A stretch of 64,000 bases of DNA from Heptranchias perlo (Eukaryota), in NCBI RefSeq assembly GCF_035084215.1, contig NC_090363.1, forward strand, positions 12,214,001 through 12,278,000, given 5' to 3'. A program made the translations under genes and the position numbers. The notes beneath the pieces were generated by a model. It did not search any database. It was not told where the DNA came from and saw only the letters and a program-made list of their open reading frames with translations. Positions 63,285-64,000 of the stretch are shown here, in pieces; position 1 is the first letter of the stretch, and each line of letters begins with the position of its first letter.

Positions 63285-64000
63285 GTAAGTAATAAATTAA
63301 TGACGAAAGGTCATCGACCTGAAACGTTAACTCTGTTCCTTTCTCCAAAGATGCTGCCTCACTGAGTATTTTCAGCATTTTCTGTTTTTATTTCAGAGTT
63401 CCAGAATCCGCAGTATTCTGCGCTTGCAGTAATAACAAGCAATTATTATGTGGACCATTTTTAAAATGCATTGTTGCTTTCACAATGTGCTGTTTGCCTC
63501 CATCTCTTTCTTCCTTGGTTGCCCATTTTATGGTAAGTTTATTGAATAGAAAGCTCTCACTTTGCCTTACTTCTTATAAAAGGAAAACTATTGTGATATT
63601 ATATAAGGCTCTCTAAATGCATACATCAAATGCAAGTTCTCCCGTTTGTTAAACGCCTTGCAATCAGCTACATGGAATAACTGTGACCATCAGGTTTATC
63701 GTGAGGACCCTTATGCGGAGTTTTAACCAGAGTTTATCTTCCAAATGTCAACAGGCCGGTTACGCATCTCCAAGATTCAGTATACCTGACTCACGTGAAT
63801 TCCTAAACTTCTCCCACGCTGTGAATTGACTTTGGGGGCGAATTCAACCTAACCCGACTGTCGGGAAACTGACGGGATCGTGTGCATCGCTGGTTTAATA
63901 CCCCATCCCATTTTATCCACTATTGAACGCAAAGGGTTCTAAAACCGGCGTTTCACGCCATACTTGGGTTAAAATTACCCCTTCTGTCGCATAATTTGAA

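Larger units (their letters stand above)
42170..64000 (+). repeat. ~10-kb tandem segmental duplication, at least 3 units (~42170-50760, ~52190-60770, ~62120->64000)
   Basis: Units 1 and 2 are collinear across promoter, exons, intron, downstream LINE fragments and unique sequence; unit 3 aligns from the L2/promoter region through exon 1 and the intron. ATG-to-ATG spacings are 10267 and 9931 bp. Confidence 0.95.

Overview
Eukaryotic genomic DNA, most likely from a cartilaginous fish (shark), judging by the repeat families and the GPCR type. The window has two gene territories. (1) On the minus strand, 4609-35676 holds the first 15 coding exons of a complement C4 gene (signal peptide plus almost the whole beta chain). 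I assembled them by hand: all introns are GT-AG, phases are compatible, and the total is 1933 nt (644 codons + 1). The gene continues beyond the left edge. (2) On the plus strand, about 7.3 kb upstream of C4 and head-to-head with it, a ~10-kb tandem segmental array begins. Each unit carries a two-exon GPR139/GPR142-like class A GPCR. Two genes are complete (322 and 321 aa, ~90% identical) and a third is represented by exon 1. The 70-nt first exon and TATA box are not shown correctly by the ORF track. The remainder is dense in CR1 and L2 LINE fragments (several nested), Deu-type SINEs, a palindromic MITE family, Penelope-derived fragments with a hammerhead-ribozyme relic, and mini/microsatellites. 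The most interesting signals are the C4-adjacent GPCR array with substitutions at ligand-pocket positions, the hammerhead relic just inside each GPCR intron, and tandem repeats born twice from the same MITE arm.
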